Shown: one piece after another, positions 8,905-18,417 of the stretch | Position numbering within the stretch: position 1 is the first letter of the stretch | Layout: each line of letters opens with the position of its first letter | IMG/VR virus record: IMGVR_UViG_3300032132_000001 | Coordinates: 42,573-106,572 of that record | Length of the DNA stretch: 64,000 nucleotides | From: a virus | Strand: one strand, 5' to 3' | The notes under the pieces: model-generated | What the model saw: only the letters and a program-made list of their open reading frames with translations | Told to the model about the DNA's origin: nothing | The model's database searches: none | Made by a program: the position numbers and the translations under genes

Positions 8905-9679
8905 GGATTGCGAAGATCACGTCGTGGAATGCACCATCGAACTCGCCGGTAAGGAACTCGTGGAACCATTGGGCTACATCGGCCCCGTTGTTTCCAAAGA
9001 CGCCGCACCCCCATGCACCAAGAACTAGCTGGTCCTGGCCCTTATGGACCGCAAGGGTAAGCATCTTTCGCATTCGCTCTTGCATGACCGGATCGGCTTG
9101 GTCCAGCAAGCTTTCATCCAGCGACCCCTTGTTCACCGCTGGGGTCGTCAGATAGTTGAAGTTCCTTGGGGCGATCAATTGGTCATAATCGTTCCTGAAT
9201 GTTGGAACTTCAGGAGAGAAGATCATATGATCGCTGTACAGTCTGCTCTCTGTACGATTGAAGTCGTACATCTCTTTGTGAACAGTTAGTGTGGGGTAGA
9301 GCGCAGAACCGCGCGCCAGACACTCTTCCTGCGCTTGCGCGCCACGGATGAACCCACCACCTGGATGCGTACCAGATGCGAAGTTCAAAATCATGATCTC
9401 TGCATCTTCGCCATGTCTTTCAGATAGGCGATAGGCAGCAGAGAAAGAAGATTCGTTCACCACTTGGAATTGTGTGTCGTAAGGCATCGGCTGGTCACCC
9501 AACATGCCACGCAAGTCCACTAATGTCTCAGGTCCAAGGAGCTGAGACGAATCGGTGGCCCACTCTATCGCATCTTGGATGTCATGTACCTCACCATTCA
9601 TATCCTTGTATTTTCCTTGGATGATGATGGTGAGAGTCTCTTGAGCGATTTTGGCCAACTTTCTACGTTGTTTTGTCAT
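8846..9679 (-). CDS. bacterial-type poly(ADP-ribose) glycohydrolase (PARG/DUF2263 macrodomain)
   Basis: LNFASGTHPGGGFIRGAQAQEE carries the GGG-X7-QEE PARG signature. Confidence 0.75.
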   Translation of the reverse strand: MTKQRRKLAKIAQETLTIIIQGKYKDMNGEVHDIQDAIEWATDSSQLLGPETLVDLRGMLGDQPMPYDTQFQVVNESSFSAAYRLSERHGEDAEIMILNFASGTHPGGGFIRGAQAQEECLARGSALYPTLTVHKEMYDFNRTESRLYSDHMIFSPEVPTFRNDYDQLIAPRNFNYLTTPAVNKGSLDESLLDQADPVMQERMRKMLTLAVHKGQDQLVLGAWGCGVFGNNGADVAQWFHEFLTGEFDGAFHDVIFAILDTSDDKQFIGPFQEVFDA

Positions 9680-9693
9680 TTGATCTCCTTTAA

Positions 9694-9767
9694 TGAGAGC
9701 GCTGGGATTCGAACCCAGGACCTACAGATTAAAAGTCTGTTGCTCTAACCAGCTGAGCTACGCTCCC
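9694..9767 (-). tRNA. tRNA-Lys (anticodon TTT)
   Basis: cloverleaf GGGAGCGTAGCTCAGCTGGTTAGAGCAACAGACTTTTAATCTGT...; loop CTTTTAA. Confidence 0.85.
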
Positions 9768-9771
9768 TGAC

Positions 9772-10314
9772 TTAGATGATCTCTACGCCGATGCAATCAT
9801 CATCCTTGTTGAAGTCGAGAATGACTCGACCATCGACCATCTCTTGCTGTCGGTGTGACCTTCTCTCGCTACCGACTGCGACATATGCTAATGGACCGCA
9901 GCCGGGAGGGTTGGAATATCTAACTGTGATCTCTGTCACACCTGCTGGGATTTTGAAAGTCTTCTTCATCATCCCAGGCTGGAGGACAGCGCAGTCGATC
10001 TGCTGCTCTTCTCCGTTTGTCCATCGCACTATGGCATTGCAAGGAGAAGAGTGGCCAATCAGCTTGAGCACCACCCCCACTCTGGTTTTGTCTCCCGCTG
10101 TGCACTCCACGATGTCCCCAGGGTTGAAAGGGTAGATGGTACCAAACCTGCCAATGTGGGTCTGCTTCATTTCCTCTTCCTGTTTGCCCATCGTCGCCAA
10201 GCCTTCGGCGCAAGGCGGTAAGCCGTGGAGCTTACCCAGTGCACTGGTTTCCATTGGTAGTGACCCACGATACAACGTGGGCAATGCTTGTCTGGTTCTC
10301 GATGCCATGAGCAA
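9772..10314 (-). CDS. hypothetical protein
   Basis: track ORF; true start may be an internal Met. Confidence 0.45.
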   Translation of the reverse strand: MLMASRTRQALPTLYRGSLPMETSALGKLHGLPPCAEGLATMGKQEEEMKQTHIGRFGTIYPFNPGDIVECTAGDKTRVGVVLKLIGHSSPCNAIVRWTNGEEQQIDCAVLQPGMMKKTFKIPAGVTEITVRYSNPPGCGPLAYVAVGSERRSHRQQEMVDGRVILDFNKDDDCIGVEII

Positions 10315-10379
10315 ACGCTAAACCAATACTTGAAGAGTTTTCTTCCCCTGTACTCTTCCATCTTTAGCATCGGATTCCT

Positions 10380-10718
10380 CTAACTATCGTGTCCTTCTGG
10401 GTCCCACGGTTTGTACACCACATGCTTGAAACTCTGGCTAGAGCGATGGAGTATCCTTTCTTTCCGCTCTACCAGGCAAGCGTCACAAACGAAGATTTCC
10501 AGACTGTAGTCCGACCCAATTGCCATGTTAGGATCAAACACAGTGGAGCCATAATGGCCCCATGTGTAGAATGCTGTAGCACCATGGGGCTGGAAGCCGT
10601 ACAGCTCTTCGTCGTCCGTACTATTAGGACGACCAATAGCGTCTTCCAGCTTCTTCTCGCAGATGAGACAGCACATCTGGAACTCTGGAGCCTGGTGTTT
10701 GTCGTGGCGATCTCGCAT
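10380..10718 (-). CDS. Cys-rich hypothetical protein
   Basis: track ORF. Confidence 0.4.
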   Translation of the reverse strand: MRDRHDKHQAPEFQMCCLICEKKLEDAIGRPNSTDDEELYGFQPHGATAFYTWGHYGSTVFDPNMAIGSDYSLEIFVCDACLVERKERILHRSSQSFKHVVYKPWDPEGHDS

Positions 10719-10767
10719 CTCTTTCAGATACCGCGCCCACCACTAAATGGCCACTAACTGTGGCTAC

Positions 10768-11013
10768 TCAGTCGCTGCTGTCATAGTTCGCTTTATAGAG
10801 AACGAGCTTCCCTTCAGGACCTTGACGGTACCAAACATCACCCTTGATTGGGTTCTCATCTTCAGTGACGTCCTTGAAGCGCGCGCGAGCGACCCCGATA
10901 GCCTTGATTGCTTCGGAATCCCCGCCTTCTACCAACGCAAGCTCAAAGTCTCGCATGGTCTGCTTGGTGACGTTGCCAGTAGAAGTCCACTGGTCTACGA
11001 CTAGGACTTTCAT
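10768..11013 (-). CDS. hypothetical protein
   Basis: track ORF. Confidence 0.4.
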   Translation of the reverse strand: MKVLVVDQWTSTGNVTKQTMRDFELALVEGGDSEAIKAIGVARARFKDVTEDENPIKGDVWYRQGPEGKLVLYKANYDSSD

Positions 11014-11699
11014 TGCTTCACCTTGGTTTTCTCCCAGCTTCCAACGTCGGGGAAGTCATAGTCTTCAGGGAAGGAGCGACAGTAGCCACACAAGGCAAGA
11101 TACCAAGTGCGGTGACCGCTCGACCCACCCTTCCTATGGATGAGGACGTCGATCTTTCCCCACTGCTTGCAAACCCGACACTTCAGTCGCCTTTGGTGGA
11201 GGGGCTTTGCAGACTTGATACCATGGTAGGTGACGTAGAATCGATTGTACGATCCGCCACCAACCAGATGTCCGGGGGTGCTATCGACGATGTTGAATCC
11301 GAAGTCTGCTTTCTCACCAGTCAGCTCACACTTCTGGTGGCTCACATAGCTCGGTGGGATCAGGCCAGGCCCAAGTTCAGCTAGCGAGACGTACCTGTTC
11401 CATCTATGGGACACCCTCATGTGCCGGGAAAGCCCCCGAAGTTCTACGTTGGAGATATCCATTGATGGAAATTCTTCCGGTGAGAGGGTCTCTACGAAAG
11501 CGGCGTTCTGCCTTCCCCATACGTAGAGTCCATCTCCCTCAAAGAAGAGGTGGATGCGGAAATTGTCGATCGTCGATTCTGTATTCCAGGTGGGTCTTCG
11601 ATAGATACCCGCCCTGCTATCGGGAGCATAAGATTGGGCTTTGCTCAGGATTGTTACGCCCTTCTTACCTCGCCGTGCGAAGTAGAAATTTGTGAGCAT
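11010..11699 (-). CDS. hypothetical protein with C-terminal CxxC...CxxC zinc-ribbon
   Basis: track ORF; CRVCKQWGK ... CGYC. Confidence 0.45.
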   Translation of the reverse strand: MLTNFYFARRGKKGVTILSKAQSYAPDSRAGIYRRPTWNTESTIDNFRIHLFFEGDGLYVWGRQNAAFVETLSPEEFPSMDISNVELRGLSRHMRVSHRWNRYVSLAELGPGLIPPSYVSHQKCELTGEKADFGFNIVDSTPGHLVGGGSYNRFYVTYHGIKSAKPLHQRRLKCRVCKQWGKIDVLIHRKGGSSGHRTWYLALCGYCRSFPEDYDFPDVGSWEKTKVKQ

Positions 11700-11919
11700 T
11701 CTTCATCGGTATATGGCCCGTAAGGGCGAGGTTATTGCTTTTTAGATTCTTGCAGTTGCTTCTCTTTCTTTTTCTTCTTTCGCACACAGTACCAAGCTGC
11801 CGCAGCGACGTGAGCCGCTCCTACTGTGAGCCAACCAAGGAGGCCAAGACCGGCCGCCGGTACACAAGCGGGTCAACCAAGGATGTACATGTTATTTTCC
11901 TTCTATCGGGGATTGCTAA

Positions 11920-12004
11920 TGGTGCCCGAGGAGGGACTCGAACCCTCATCCCCGAAGGGACAGGTTTTTGAAACCTGCGTGTATACCAATTCCACCACTC
12001 GGGC
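11920..12004 (-). tRNA. tRNA-Leu (anticodon CAA), long variable arm, CCA encoded
   Basis: GCCCGAGTGGTGGAATTGGTA...; loop TTCAAAA. Confidence 0.85.
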
Positions 12005-12011
12005 CCATATC

Positions 12012-12296
12012 TTAGATACCTTCGACTGAGGATTTGTACGTTTCAATCTCAGCTTGGCGGAAGTACGCTTCAACTTCACCTGGATCGTTCTTGGTATAGT
12101 CGGGGATCCAGACCCATTTTTCACCGTTGCACTTATTGCAGACCGCTTCTTTCGTCTTCCCTACGATCTTGCCTTCACCTTCGCAAACGGCACAGATATA
12201 TTTAGTGGTGACAAGGGAGATTTTCTTTTTCTTTACCGGCTTGGTTGTCCATTTGCCGTCCTTGTCCAGCCACATGTCGAACTCTACTGTTCTCAT
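12012..12296 (-). CDS. small Cys-rich hypothetical protein
   Basis: track ORF; CAVCEGEGK...CNKCNGEK. Confidence 0.4.
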   Translation of the reverse strand: MRTVEFDMWLDKDGKWTTKPVKKKKISLVTTKYICAVCEGEGKIVGKTKEAVCNKCNGEKWVWIPDYTKNDPGEVEAYFRQAEIETYKSSVEGI

Positions 12297-12386
12297 ATGG
12301 TTCCCGTTTATGAGCCCGAAGGCTAAATTAAGTACCTTACCTTTCCCTGCCCCGCCATGCTATGCCTAACCGTGCAACGCCACAAG

Positions 12387-12473
12387 TGGTGCGGGAAGGG
12401 GGACTTGAACCCCCAAGGCCCTAAGGCCACATGGCCCTCAACCATGCGCGTCTACCAATTCCGCCATTCCCGC
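12387..12473 (-). tRNA. tRNA-Leu (anticodon GAG), CCA encoded
   Basis: GCGGGAATGGCGGAATTGGTAGACGCGCATGGTTGAGGGCCATG...; loop TTGAGGG. Confidence 0.85.
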
Positions 12474-12560
12474 TTCAACATGCCACGGCTCAGATCCTCA
12501 CCTCACCTTGCCGTTCCGAGCCGGGCCCTACCTAACCGAACCGCAACTTACCATACCACA

Positions 12561-12645
12561 TGGTGCGCCGGGGGGGACTCGAACCCCCACGCCCGAAGGC
12601 ACTGGGTCCTAAACCCAGCGCGTCTACCAATTCCGCCACCAGCGC
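12561..12645 (-). tRNA. tRNA-Leu (anticodon TAG), CCA encoded
   Basis: GCGCTGGTGGCGGAATTGGTAGACGCGCTGGGTTTAGGACCCAG...; loop TTTAGGA. Confidence 0.85.
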
Positions 12646-12651
12646 TTATTC

Positions 12652-12984
12652 TTACAACTTTGGAGATTTGCCTTTAGCAAGTCTGTCAGGAAATTCAACC
12701 GCTTTACCATAGATTGAGTTCAGCCCAACCCAGCCGTTGATGTGACCCTTGTTGTTTGCAATCTGGTATCGCTCACCATCGATTGCCTTGACCAGGTGGA
12801 GGTACACCCGACCTTTCACCTTAACCAAGACGATATCGCCGCATTCGGGTCCACCAGAGGTGAAGGGGGAGAGGATCACTTTCTCTCCGCTCTTCACTTT
12901 CGGCTTCATCGAGTGGCCCTTTGGTTGGATCGTCGCTTTCTCTCCGCTCTGGAGTTTTTGGATTGCTCGGTCTGCCCAGTTCAT
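12652..12984 (-). CDS. S24/S26-family (LexA/UmuD-like) serine peptidase domain protein
   Basis: PKGHSMKPKVKSGEKVILSP...GDIVLVKV matches the GxSMxP...GD(I/L)V catalytic-core pattern. Confidence 0.55.
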   Translation of the reverse strand: MNWADRAIQKLQSGEKATIQPKGHSMKPKVKSGEKVILSPFTSGGPECGDIVLVKVKGRVYLHLVKAIDGERYQIANNKGHINGWVGLNSIYGKAVEFPDRLAKGKSPKL

Positions 12985-13080
12985 AGCCTTGTATCGTTTT
13001 GATGACCATTATGGTTTCCTTGCCGCACCTGTCCATGCCGAGCTACAACTAACCCCACCGGGCCGGACCGTACCATATGG

Positions 13081-13154
13081 TGGTCCCTGCTGGACTTGAA
13101 CCAGCGACCTCCACGATGTCAACGTGGCGCTCTAGCCAACTGAGCTAAGGGACC
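13081..13154 (-). tRNA. tRNA-Val (anticodon GAC)
   Basis: GGTCCCTTAGCTCAGTTGGCTAGAGCGCCACGTTGACATCGTGG...; loop TTGACAT. Confidence 0.85.
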
Positions 13155-13225
13155 AACAACCTTGCCTTTCCGTACCATTCCCATCCATGCCTCACCGCAC
13201 CTAGACGAGCCGTACCAAGCCAAAA

Positions 13226-13302
<77 letters not shown>

Positions 13303-13308
13303 TGTTAT

Positions 13309-13566
13309 CTAACAGGTGGACTTCGTTCCGTTCACGTTGATGCAATCTACAACTTCACACTCTTCTAGAAGTGCAACATCGGTATCTTCGACTCGGACCG
13401 ATACGATGCCCACTAGATCGAGGAAGTGATGCTTGTAGATTGGGATCGCTTTGTCATCTGCAAAAGCGAGAAACCTCTCCAGGTTGCGTCGGTTCAGTTC
13501 CTTCACCACTGTCTTATCCGGTGCTGATTCTACTCTCAGGTTGACCAGATAGTTGTACTCACTCAT
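13309..13566 (-). CDS. hypothetical protein
   Basis: track ORF trimmed to MSEYNYL start (ATG 13564-13566) preceded by GGAGAGGAGAGG. Confidence 0.4.
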   Translation of the reverse strand: MSEYNYLVNLRVESAPDKTVVKELNRRNLERFLAFADDKAIPIYKHHFLDLVGIVSVRVEDTDVALLEECEVVDCINVNGTKSTC

Positions 13567-13630
13567 CCTTGCCTCTCCTCTCCATGCGGCGCACCGCCTG
13601 TCCATGCTGCGCCTGACCAGGCCACGAAGG

Positions 13631-14179
13631 TTATCGTGTCTCTCCAAACGGAGATTGCATAGGACCCCTCTCCTCGGCAAGCTCAAGGATGGGAGTCCCA
13701 TTCATCACTTGTTTCAACATGCGGTCGTACAACACCATATAGACCGCAGCGCCCAGGTTCGCACAGTGGCGAATCGGGATCTTTACGAACCGATGGCAGT
13801 GCCTCATCATCGTGGATGAAATGCTGCCATCTTCTGGGCCAAACACGTACACCGGATTCTCTGGGTGTTCAAAGTCCGTGAGCAACTCAGAGTTATCCCT
13901 CAACTCGATTGCCACCGGGGTAGACCCCTGAGGGAATTGGTCGAAGGGGAAGTCGAACTGGATCATCTCCACGTCCTTGTATCCCTTCATCCTTTCTTCT
14001 CGTGGGAGCCGCTTCTTCCCGTCCAGCCGTACACGGTTGCCCGTCCACCAGAGTTGACTCAAGCCGAAGCAAGAACATGCCCTCAACGCAGCCCCGACGT
14101 TGTGGTCGTATTTTGGGTTGGTCAGGATGATAGCCGGGGTCTTTCCCACCGGCTTCATGTTCTTGCCGACTTGTTTCAT
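13631..14179 (-). CDS. SpoU/TrmH-family RNA 2'-O-methyltransferase (SPOUT)
   Basis: ILTNPKYDHNVGAALRACSCFG and YVFGPEDGSIS motifs of the TrmH family. Confidence 0.7.
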   Translation of the reverse strand: MKQVGKNMKPVGKTPAIILTNPKYDHNVGAALRACSCFGLSQLWWTGNRVRLDGKKRLPREERMKGYKDVEMIQFDFPFDQFPQGSTPVAIELRDNSELLTDFEHPENPVYVFGPEDGSISSTMMRHCHRFVKIPIRHCANLGAAVYMVLYDRMLKQVMNGTPILELAEERGPMQSPFGETR

Positions 14180-14188
14180 CTCATCATC

Positions 14189-14839
14189 CTATGCTGCGTT
14201 TGGGTGCTTGAACGGTTTCTCTACCAGTAGATCAACAAATTCCTTGATCTGCCTGGCAACCTTGCCTCTTGGTGCGATGCTGAAGCGTTCGAACGCTTCC
14301 TCCTTGATCCACTTGCGCAGATCGGAGGCGAACTCATCCGAGCGAGCTTTCCAGTCACATACCATTTCGGCTATATAAACCCTCGGCATCTGGTCGACGC
14401 CGCCCCAGTATTCTGGGTGGTGAGCATTGGTCTTGACGTGCTGACGATGAGCCAGCTTTAGCTGGTCACTTGTTGCATTCTCGTGCAAGCATTCCCACTC
14501 AATGCCATAGAACTTGGAGTTATCGTGGATGAGGGAGTTGGCAATCAGGATCCGTCCAAGGTCCGTTTCTCCTCTCTCAATCAGCGCCATGCCCAACTTG
14601 TGTGCGCCATCTTGCACGAGCTTGATATGGCGCACCACAGCGTTTAGGTATCGAAGCTCTTCTTTGAGAAGGTCGTCGGTCCTTCGTTCAGGCAAGGCTA
14701 CTTTCTTTTTCGCCGTTGCCTTCTTCTTAGACCCCTTCTCAGCTTTACTCTCTTCATCTGACACAGGATGTACTCCTAGGAAGACCTGGCTATCAGGAGC
14801 CAATTGACTATCTACGTGCTTCTTGTGGCTCACCGACAA
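14189..14839 (-). CDS. hypothetical protein (possible HD-like metal site)
   Basis: track ORF; SLIHDNSKF...HRQHVKTNAHHPEYW. Confidence 0.4.
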   Translation of the reverse strand: MSVSHKKHVDSQLAPDSQVFLGVHPVSDEESKAEKGSKKKATAKKKVALPERRTDDLLKEELRYLNAVVRHIKLVQDGAHKLGMALIERGETDLGRILIANSLIHDNSKFYGIEWECLHENATSDQLKLAHRQHVKTNAHHPEYWGGVDQMPRVYIAEMVCDWKARSDEFASDLRKWIKEEAFERFSIAPRGKVARQIKEFVDLLVEKPFKHPNAA

Positions 14840-15086
14840 CCCTGCAAATAGAGCATACCGTATCTTCGTCTAGCCGATACAACCGCTCGATCTTCTTAAG
14901 TATTCCGCAGAATGTGCACCTCTTCGCAGTGCGTTCATTTACGCCTACGCCTGAGATACACACACTGCATAGCTTGACCAGCCTGTTGACGTGGAGGTCT
15001 TCACGACTGTTCGTATAGAAGCCTAAGATCGTGTTGAAGTAACACTCTTGGGCGCCTTCACCCTCTTGGCATTTGAAGCAGAGCAT
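14808..15086 (-). CDS. Cys-rich hypothetical protein
   Basis: track ORF. Confidence 0.4.
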   Translation of the reverse strand: MLCFKCQEGEGAQECYFNTILGFYTNSREDLHVNRLVKLCSVCISGVGVNERTAKRCTFCGILKKIERLYRLDEDTVCSICRVVGEPQEARR

Positions 15087-15112
15087 TCGCGTCAGATACC
15101 GGGAGGGAGAGC

Positions 15113-15448
15113 TTAATGGCGCTCTCCGGGGGGAGTGGTGATGGTGACTATTCCTTTTACCAACGGTACCACGCCGTATGGGATCTTATATTCTGTAACG
15201 ACGACCTCGGTCACAGTGACCTCTACATTGTTGCAATATGCGTCCATTGCAGCTTTTGGGTCGTCATGTAGAACTGCTACTCCGTTCTCCTTCGGACCAG
15301 GCCCACGGTATACGACCATGAACTCACTGGTAAAGGACCCGGAGTGACCTTGGAAAATGTCTCCTCTTTTCATAGCTTCACATCCTCTCTTTTGATCTCG
15401 CCGTTGTGGAGTTGACCGAGGAGATATACAAGCTGCGACTCTGCGCAC
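15113..15448 (-). CDS. hypothetical protein
   Basis: track ORF, start uncertain. Confidence 0.35.
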   Translation of the reverse strand: MRRVAACISPRSTPQRRDQKRGCEAMKRGDIFQGHSGSFTSEFMVVYRGPGPKENGVAVLHDDPKAAMDAYCNNVEVTVTEVVVTEYKIPYGVVPLVKGIVTITTPPGERH

Positions 15449-15810
15449 ACCACTTGCTCGTTCTCACCGTTGGATGAATCCTCGATCTTCTTCTTGAGGA
15501 ATTGGGTGGCTGGAGATCCAACCCCAAACAGAGCTTTGGCCATCTTGAAGTGGTAGCCAAGTGTGGTCTTGGGATCTACCTTGTAGTTTGGACAGTTGGT
15601 TTTGTGACGACCACCTGTCATATGCATAATTGCCGCGCAGGTACAAGGAACCTCTTCCTCTTCTTTCATCTGGTCGAAGAGCTTCAGTTCCCTCTCCCAC
15701 CGCTCCAAATACCAGCGTAGTCTGCGACGAGCTTCCTTGTCGTGGAAGCTGTCACCAGAGAAAATGGCAGCGTCGATGATCTCAGCTGCTTCATAGGTGT
15801 CTGGTCTCAT
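15370..15810 (-). CDS. hypothetical protein
   Basis: track ORF. Confidence 0.45.
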   Translation of the reverse strand: MRPDTYEAAEIIDAAIFSGDSFHDKEARRRLRWYLERWERELKLFDQMKEEEEVPCTCAAIMHMTGGRHKTNCPNYKVDPKTTLGYHFKMAKALFGVGSPATQFLKKKIEDSSNGENEQVVCAESQLVYLLGQLHNGEIKREDVKL

Positions 15811-16079
15811 TCTTTCTCCATCTTTTGGTCTGTCCTACCGGTGATGTAGAGAGAACCGAGAGCATTGAAGAGCTTCTCGTTCAGGTTCTCTACCGCACGG
15901 ACATTCAACCACACTGGATCCTCCCACCCCTCGTAAGGATAAGGAACCCAAGGTCGAATCTGGACCCTTTTAGGTGTCACCTCCAGGATAACTCCCTGGA
16001 GGTGACGCTCACAATTCACATAAACCTCACCGTGTTTGCAGGCGAGGAGAATGTGACCGAGGACTCGTGGGTCGATCAT
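15807..16079 (-). CDS. hypothetical protein
   Basis: track ORF. Confidence 0.4.
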   Translation of the reverse strand: MIDPRVLGHILLACKHGEVYVNCERHLQGVILEVTPKRVQIRPWVPYPYEGWEDPVWLNVRAVENLNEKLFNALGSLYITGRTDQKMEKE

Positions 16080-16288
16080 TACCAGTCCGTTCCAGGAGGA
16101 CCCTCTTCGGGATCGATGGGTTCGTCCGCTTCGTAGTTGGGATTCTCGAAGATCTCTGGACGATACTTCTTCTTTTTCTCTTCTTCACAATCGTCACAGA
16201 TTCGGGAGCACTCAATCCCACGAGCGTCCTTCAGCCACCACGATTCTTTGCCAGAGCCACAAGGGCACGGTCTTGGTTTGTCGAACAT
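16079..16288 (-). CDS. small SEC-C-motif-like zinc-binding protein
   Basis: PCPCGSGKESWW...CDDCEEE. Confidence 0.45.
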   Translation of the reverse strand: MFDKPRPCPCGSGKESWWLKDARGIECSRICDDCEEEKKKKYRPEIFENPNYEADEPIDPEEGPPGTDW

Positions 16289-16428
16289 TGTCGGCGCTCA
16301 CTTACACTATTGCCGATGTCAGCGCTCACCGACATCGGTAAATAGAATATGGACATGATTATTGCCCATATGATTGTTTGTTTGATCTGTGTTGCTGCGC
16401 TGGTTTGCAACGAGGAGTTCTGGTACTC

Positions 16429-16881
16429 CTAGTCGTCGCTCCCAACATGCCACGGCTGGATTGTGAGCCGAAGCTTTCCGGCGACTTCAGTGTCAACCGG
16501 GCCGAGCAACGCAGAGACAGCAGCGAGCAGCCCCTCTTTCATATCGCTCACCGACAGTGATTTCGGGTCTGACAGCTCCCTTGCATGAACCACGATGGTG
16601 TCACGGCCTGATGGATGGCCGACAAAGAACGCACCATAGTCTGGAGTCAACAGGAAGTTGATCTCAGCGCGCTGCCCAGGCAGGGCGTTGGGGAAGAGGC
16701 GAGCCCACACTGCAGTGTACTCTGGAATGAAGTGGAGTACGAATTCGGTTATCTCCATCTCCTCGCACAAACCCTCAAGAATCTTCTTCAGTTCGACAGC
16801 TTTGTCGTTATTCTTGACGTTGTGTGGAGAGAGATAGGTTTGGATGTTCTGTGCTGGGTCTAGTTTGGTTTTTCGTCCCAT
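16429..16881 (-). CDS. hypothetical protein; 14-mer motif forms its last codons (PWHVGSDD)
   Basis: track ORF. Confidence 0.45.
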   Translation of the reverse strand: MGRKTKLDPAQNIQTYLSPHNVKNNDKAVELKKILEGLCEEMEITEFVLHFIPEYTAVWARLFPNALPGQRAEINFLLTPDYGAFFVGHPSGRDTIVVHARELSDPKSLSVSDMKEGLLAAVSALLGPVDTEVAGKLRLTIQPWHVGSDD

Positions 16882-16894
16882 TGGATTTCTCTTA

Positions 16895-16970
16895 TGGCTC
16901 CCCGAGCAGGACTTGAACCTGCGACATCCTGATTAACAGTCAGGCGCTCTACCAACTGAGCTATCGAGGA
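16895..16970 (-). tRNA. tRNA-Asn (anticodon GTT), CCA encoded
   Basis: TCCTCGATAGCTCAGTTGGTAGAGCGCCTGACTGTTAATCAGG...; loop CTGTTAA. Confidence 0.85.
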
Positions 16971-16977
16971 TTGACTG

Positions 16978-17301
16978 TTAGATGTTTGACTTACGGAAGA
17001 AAGAGGTTATCCACTTCCACGCCTTCCGTTCCATTTCTCGTTTTTGTTCTAACGCTTCCCAATCCACTTCGTCTTCGGACCAAGCCGGGACTTTTAGAAG
17101 GATTGGAATCATGATAGTCATCATGACTAAAATCATCACAAAGGATTGATTGTAAACAAAGCCGAATTTCCATCCGCTCATCCAGTCTGCAACTAAAACA
17201 GCCCATACTGTGATTGCAAACCAAAAGAAGCAGGCTACTGGTGCAGATGTGATGAACCACGCAAGAAAACGACTTATAGGATGCAGCCGCCTGTCGGTCA
17301 C
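16978..17301 (-). CDS. membrane protein (2-3 TM helices)
   Basis: track ORF, strongly hydrophobic. Confidence 0.45.
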   Translation of the reverse strand: MTDRRLHPISRFLAWFITSAPVACFFWFAITVWAVLVADWMSGWKFGFVYNQSFVMILVMMTIMIPILLKVPAWSEDEVDWEALEQKREMERKAWKWITSFFRKSNI

Positions 17302-17753
17302 AGGTCCTGGGCTTTTCTTTCGTCGATCACCTTATTGATGATCCTGACGATCGCTTCTTCATCTATCTTGGTCCCACCACCATGGTGGACGTCGATGTCA
17401 ATCTCAGGGTTGTCCCACTGAGCGACGAGTCGGGACTGATGTCCATCTTGACGGATCAGCAGACCGATGATCACCATCAATAGCGTGCACTGGAACTTGC
17501 CTGAGTTGGTCTCGATAGGCACGAACCAAGGTACGATGCCAAGCACGATAGTGAGGAGGATCAAGAAGAGTGGAAAATGGGCGGGGGCTTTGGCGACCCG
17601 TCCGCTTGGTTTATTGGGCATTTTGCTGGCACTTGTTGCACTGTGGCTTTCCAGCTTCATAGAGCCCACAGAACTCGCATGAGTAGGAGTTAGTGCCTGG
17701 GTTCTGCTCCGACCATTCGCACGAACATGGGAATTTGTACTTGGGATTCCCAC
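17298..17753 (-). CDS. membrane protein (true start probably internal Met near 17620)
   Basis: track ORF, TM segments. Confidence 0.4.
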   Translation of the reverse strand: MGIPSTNSHVRANGRSRTQALTPTHASSVGSMKLESHSATSASKMPNKPSGRVAKAPAHFPLFLILLTIVLGIVPWFVPIETNSGKFQCTLLMVIIGLLIRQDGHQSRLVAQWDNPEIDIDVHHGGGTKIDEEAIVRIINKVIDERKAQDL

Positions 17754-17946
17754 AATCGCAGACGATCATGATCGACGTGTCGCCATCGATCTGGAGAGAC
17801 TTACCAGCAACCATCTTATCCACCAACTCGCCAGCCTTCTCAAGGGTGACACAACCCAGCTTAGAAACGAAATGAACTGCGCCTTCCTTGCTGTAAGGCT
17901 CCTTAGTACCCTTCCCTGGCTCGTCATAGGTGACAACGTATTGCAA
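17611..17946 (-). CDS. Cys-rich hypothetical protein
   Basis: track ORF; competes with overlapping ORF 17766..18095. Confidence 0.35.
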   Translation of the reverse strand: MQYVVTYDEPGKGTKEPYSKEGAVHFVSKLGCVTLEKAGELVDKMVAGKSLQIDGDTSIMIVCDCGNPKYKFPCSCEWSEQNPGTNSYSCEFCGLYEAGKPQCNKCQQNAQ

Positions 17947-18087
17947 GTCTCTACTCCGTGTAAAGGACAGTCTCCATAAAAGATGAATACGTCGGACTGT
18001 CCGTGGTATCCTCTTCCATAGTGGTTATCTTCAACTGGGCACCGGCACCCCATCTGTCCTGCTTCGGGGGTGCCGGGGTTGGGGAAC

Positions 18088-18417
18088 TTAGGCATGGCTT
18101 GGATCGGCAGCTTCAGCGGCCTTGAGTTTCTTCTCTAGCCACTCGTAAATTCCGATGCTGTAGATTCCGAATTGGGCGAGTGTCTGATTCGGATCCTTCA
18201 ACAGCTCATTCGCAAACTGGTGCGTAGTGAATTGCCTCGTAGGCTCTTCCCTACCCCAATCCCTGGGATCACCAAATTGCATATAAGCGTCTTCTAGAGT
18301 CAAGGCATGTCGTACTGCCATCTCCTTTAGACGATTATGAGCTACAGTATCGTTAGAAATTTCGGCAAGGCTCTGCTCGATTTCTGTCATAGTACCACGC
18401 GATTTTATAAACGGCAA
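18088..18417 (-). CDS. hypothetical protein
   Basis: track ORF. Confidence 0.4.
   Translation of the reverse strand: MPFIKSRGTMTEIEQSLAEISNDTVAHNRLKEMAVRHALTLEDAYMQFGDPRDWGREEPTRQFTTHQFANELLKDPNQTLAQFGIYSIGIYEWLEKKLKAAEAADPSHA

Noticed and set aside
17766-18095. 109-aa minus-strand ORF overlapping 17611..17946 in another frame
   Set aside because: It cannot co-exist with 17611..17946. Neither has a clear RBS. The Cys-rich ORF is listed at low confidence and this one was left out.
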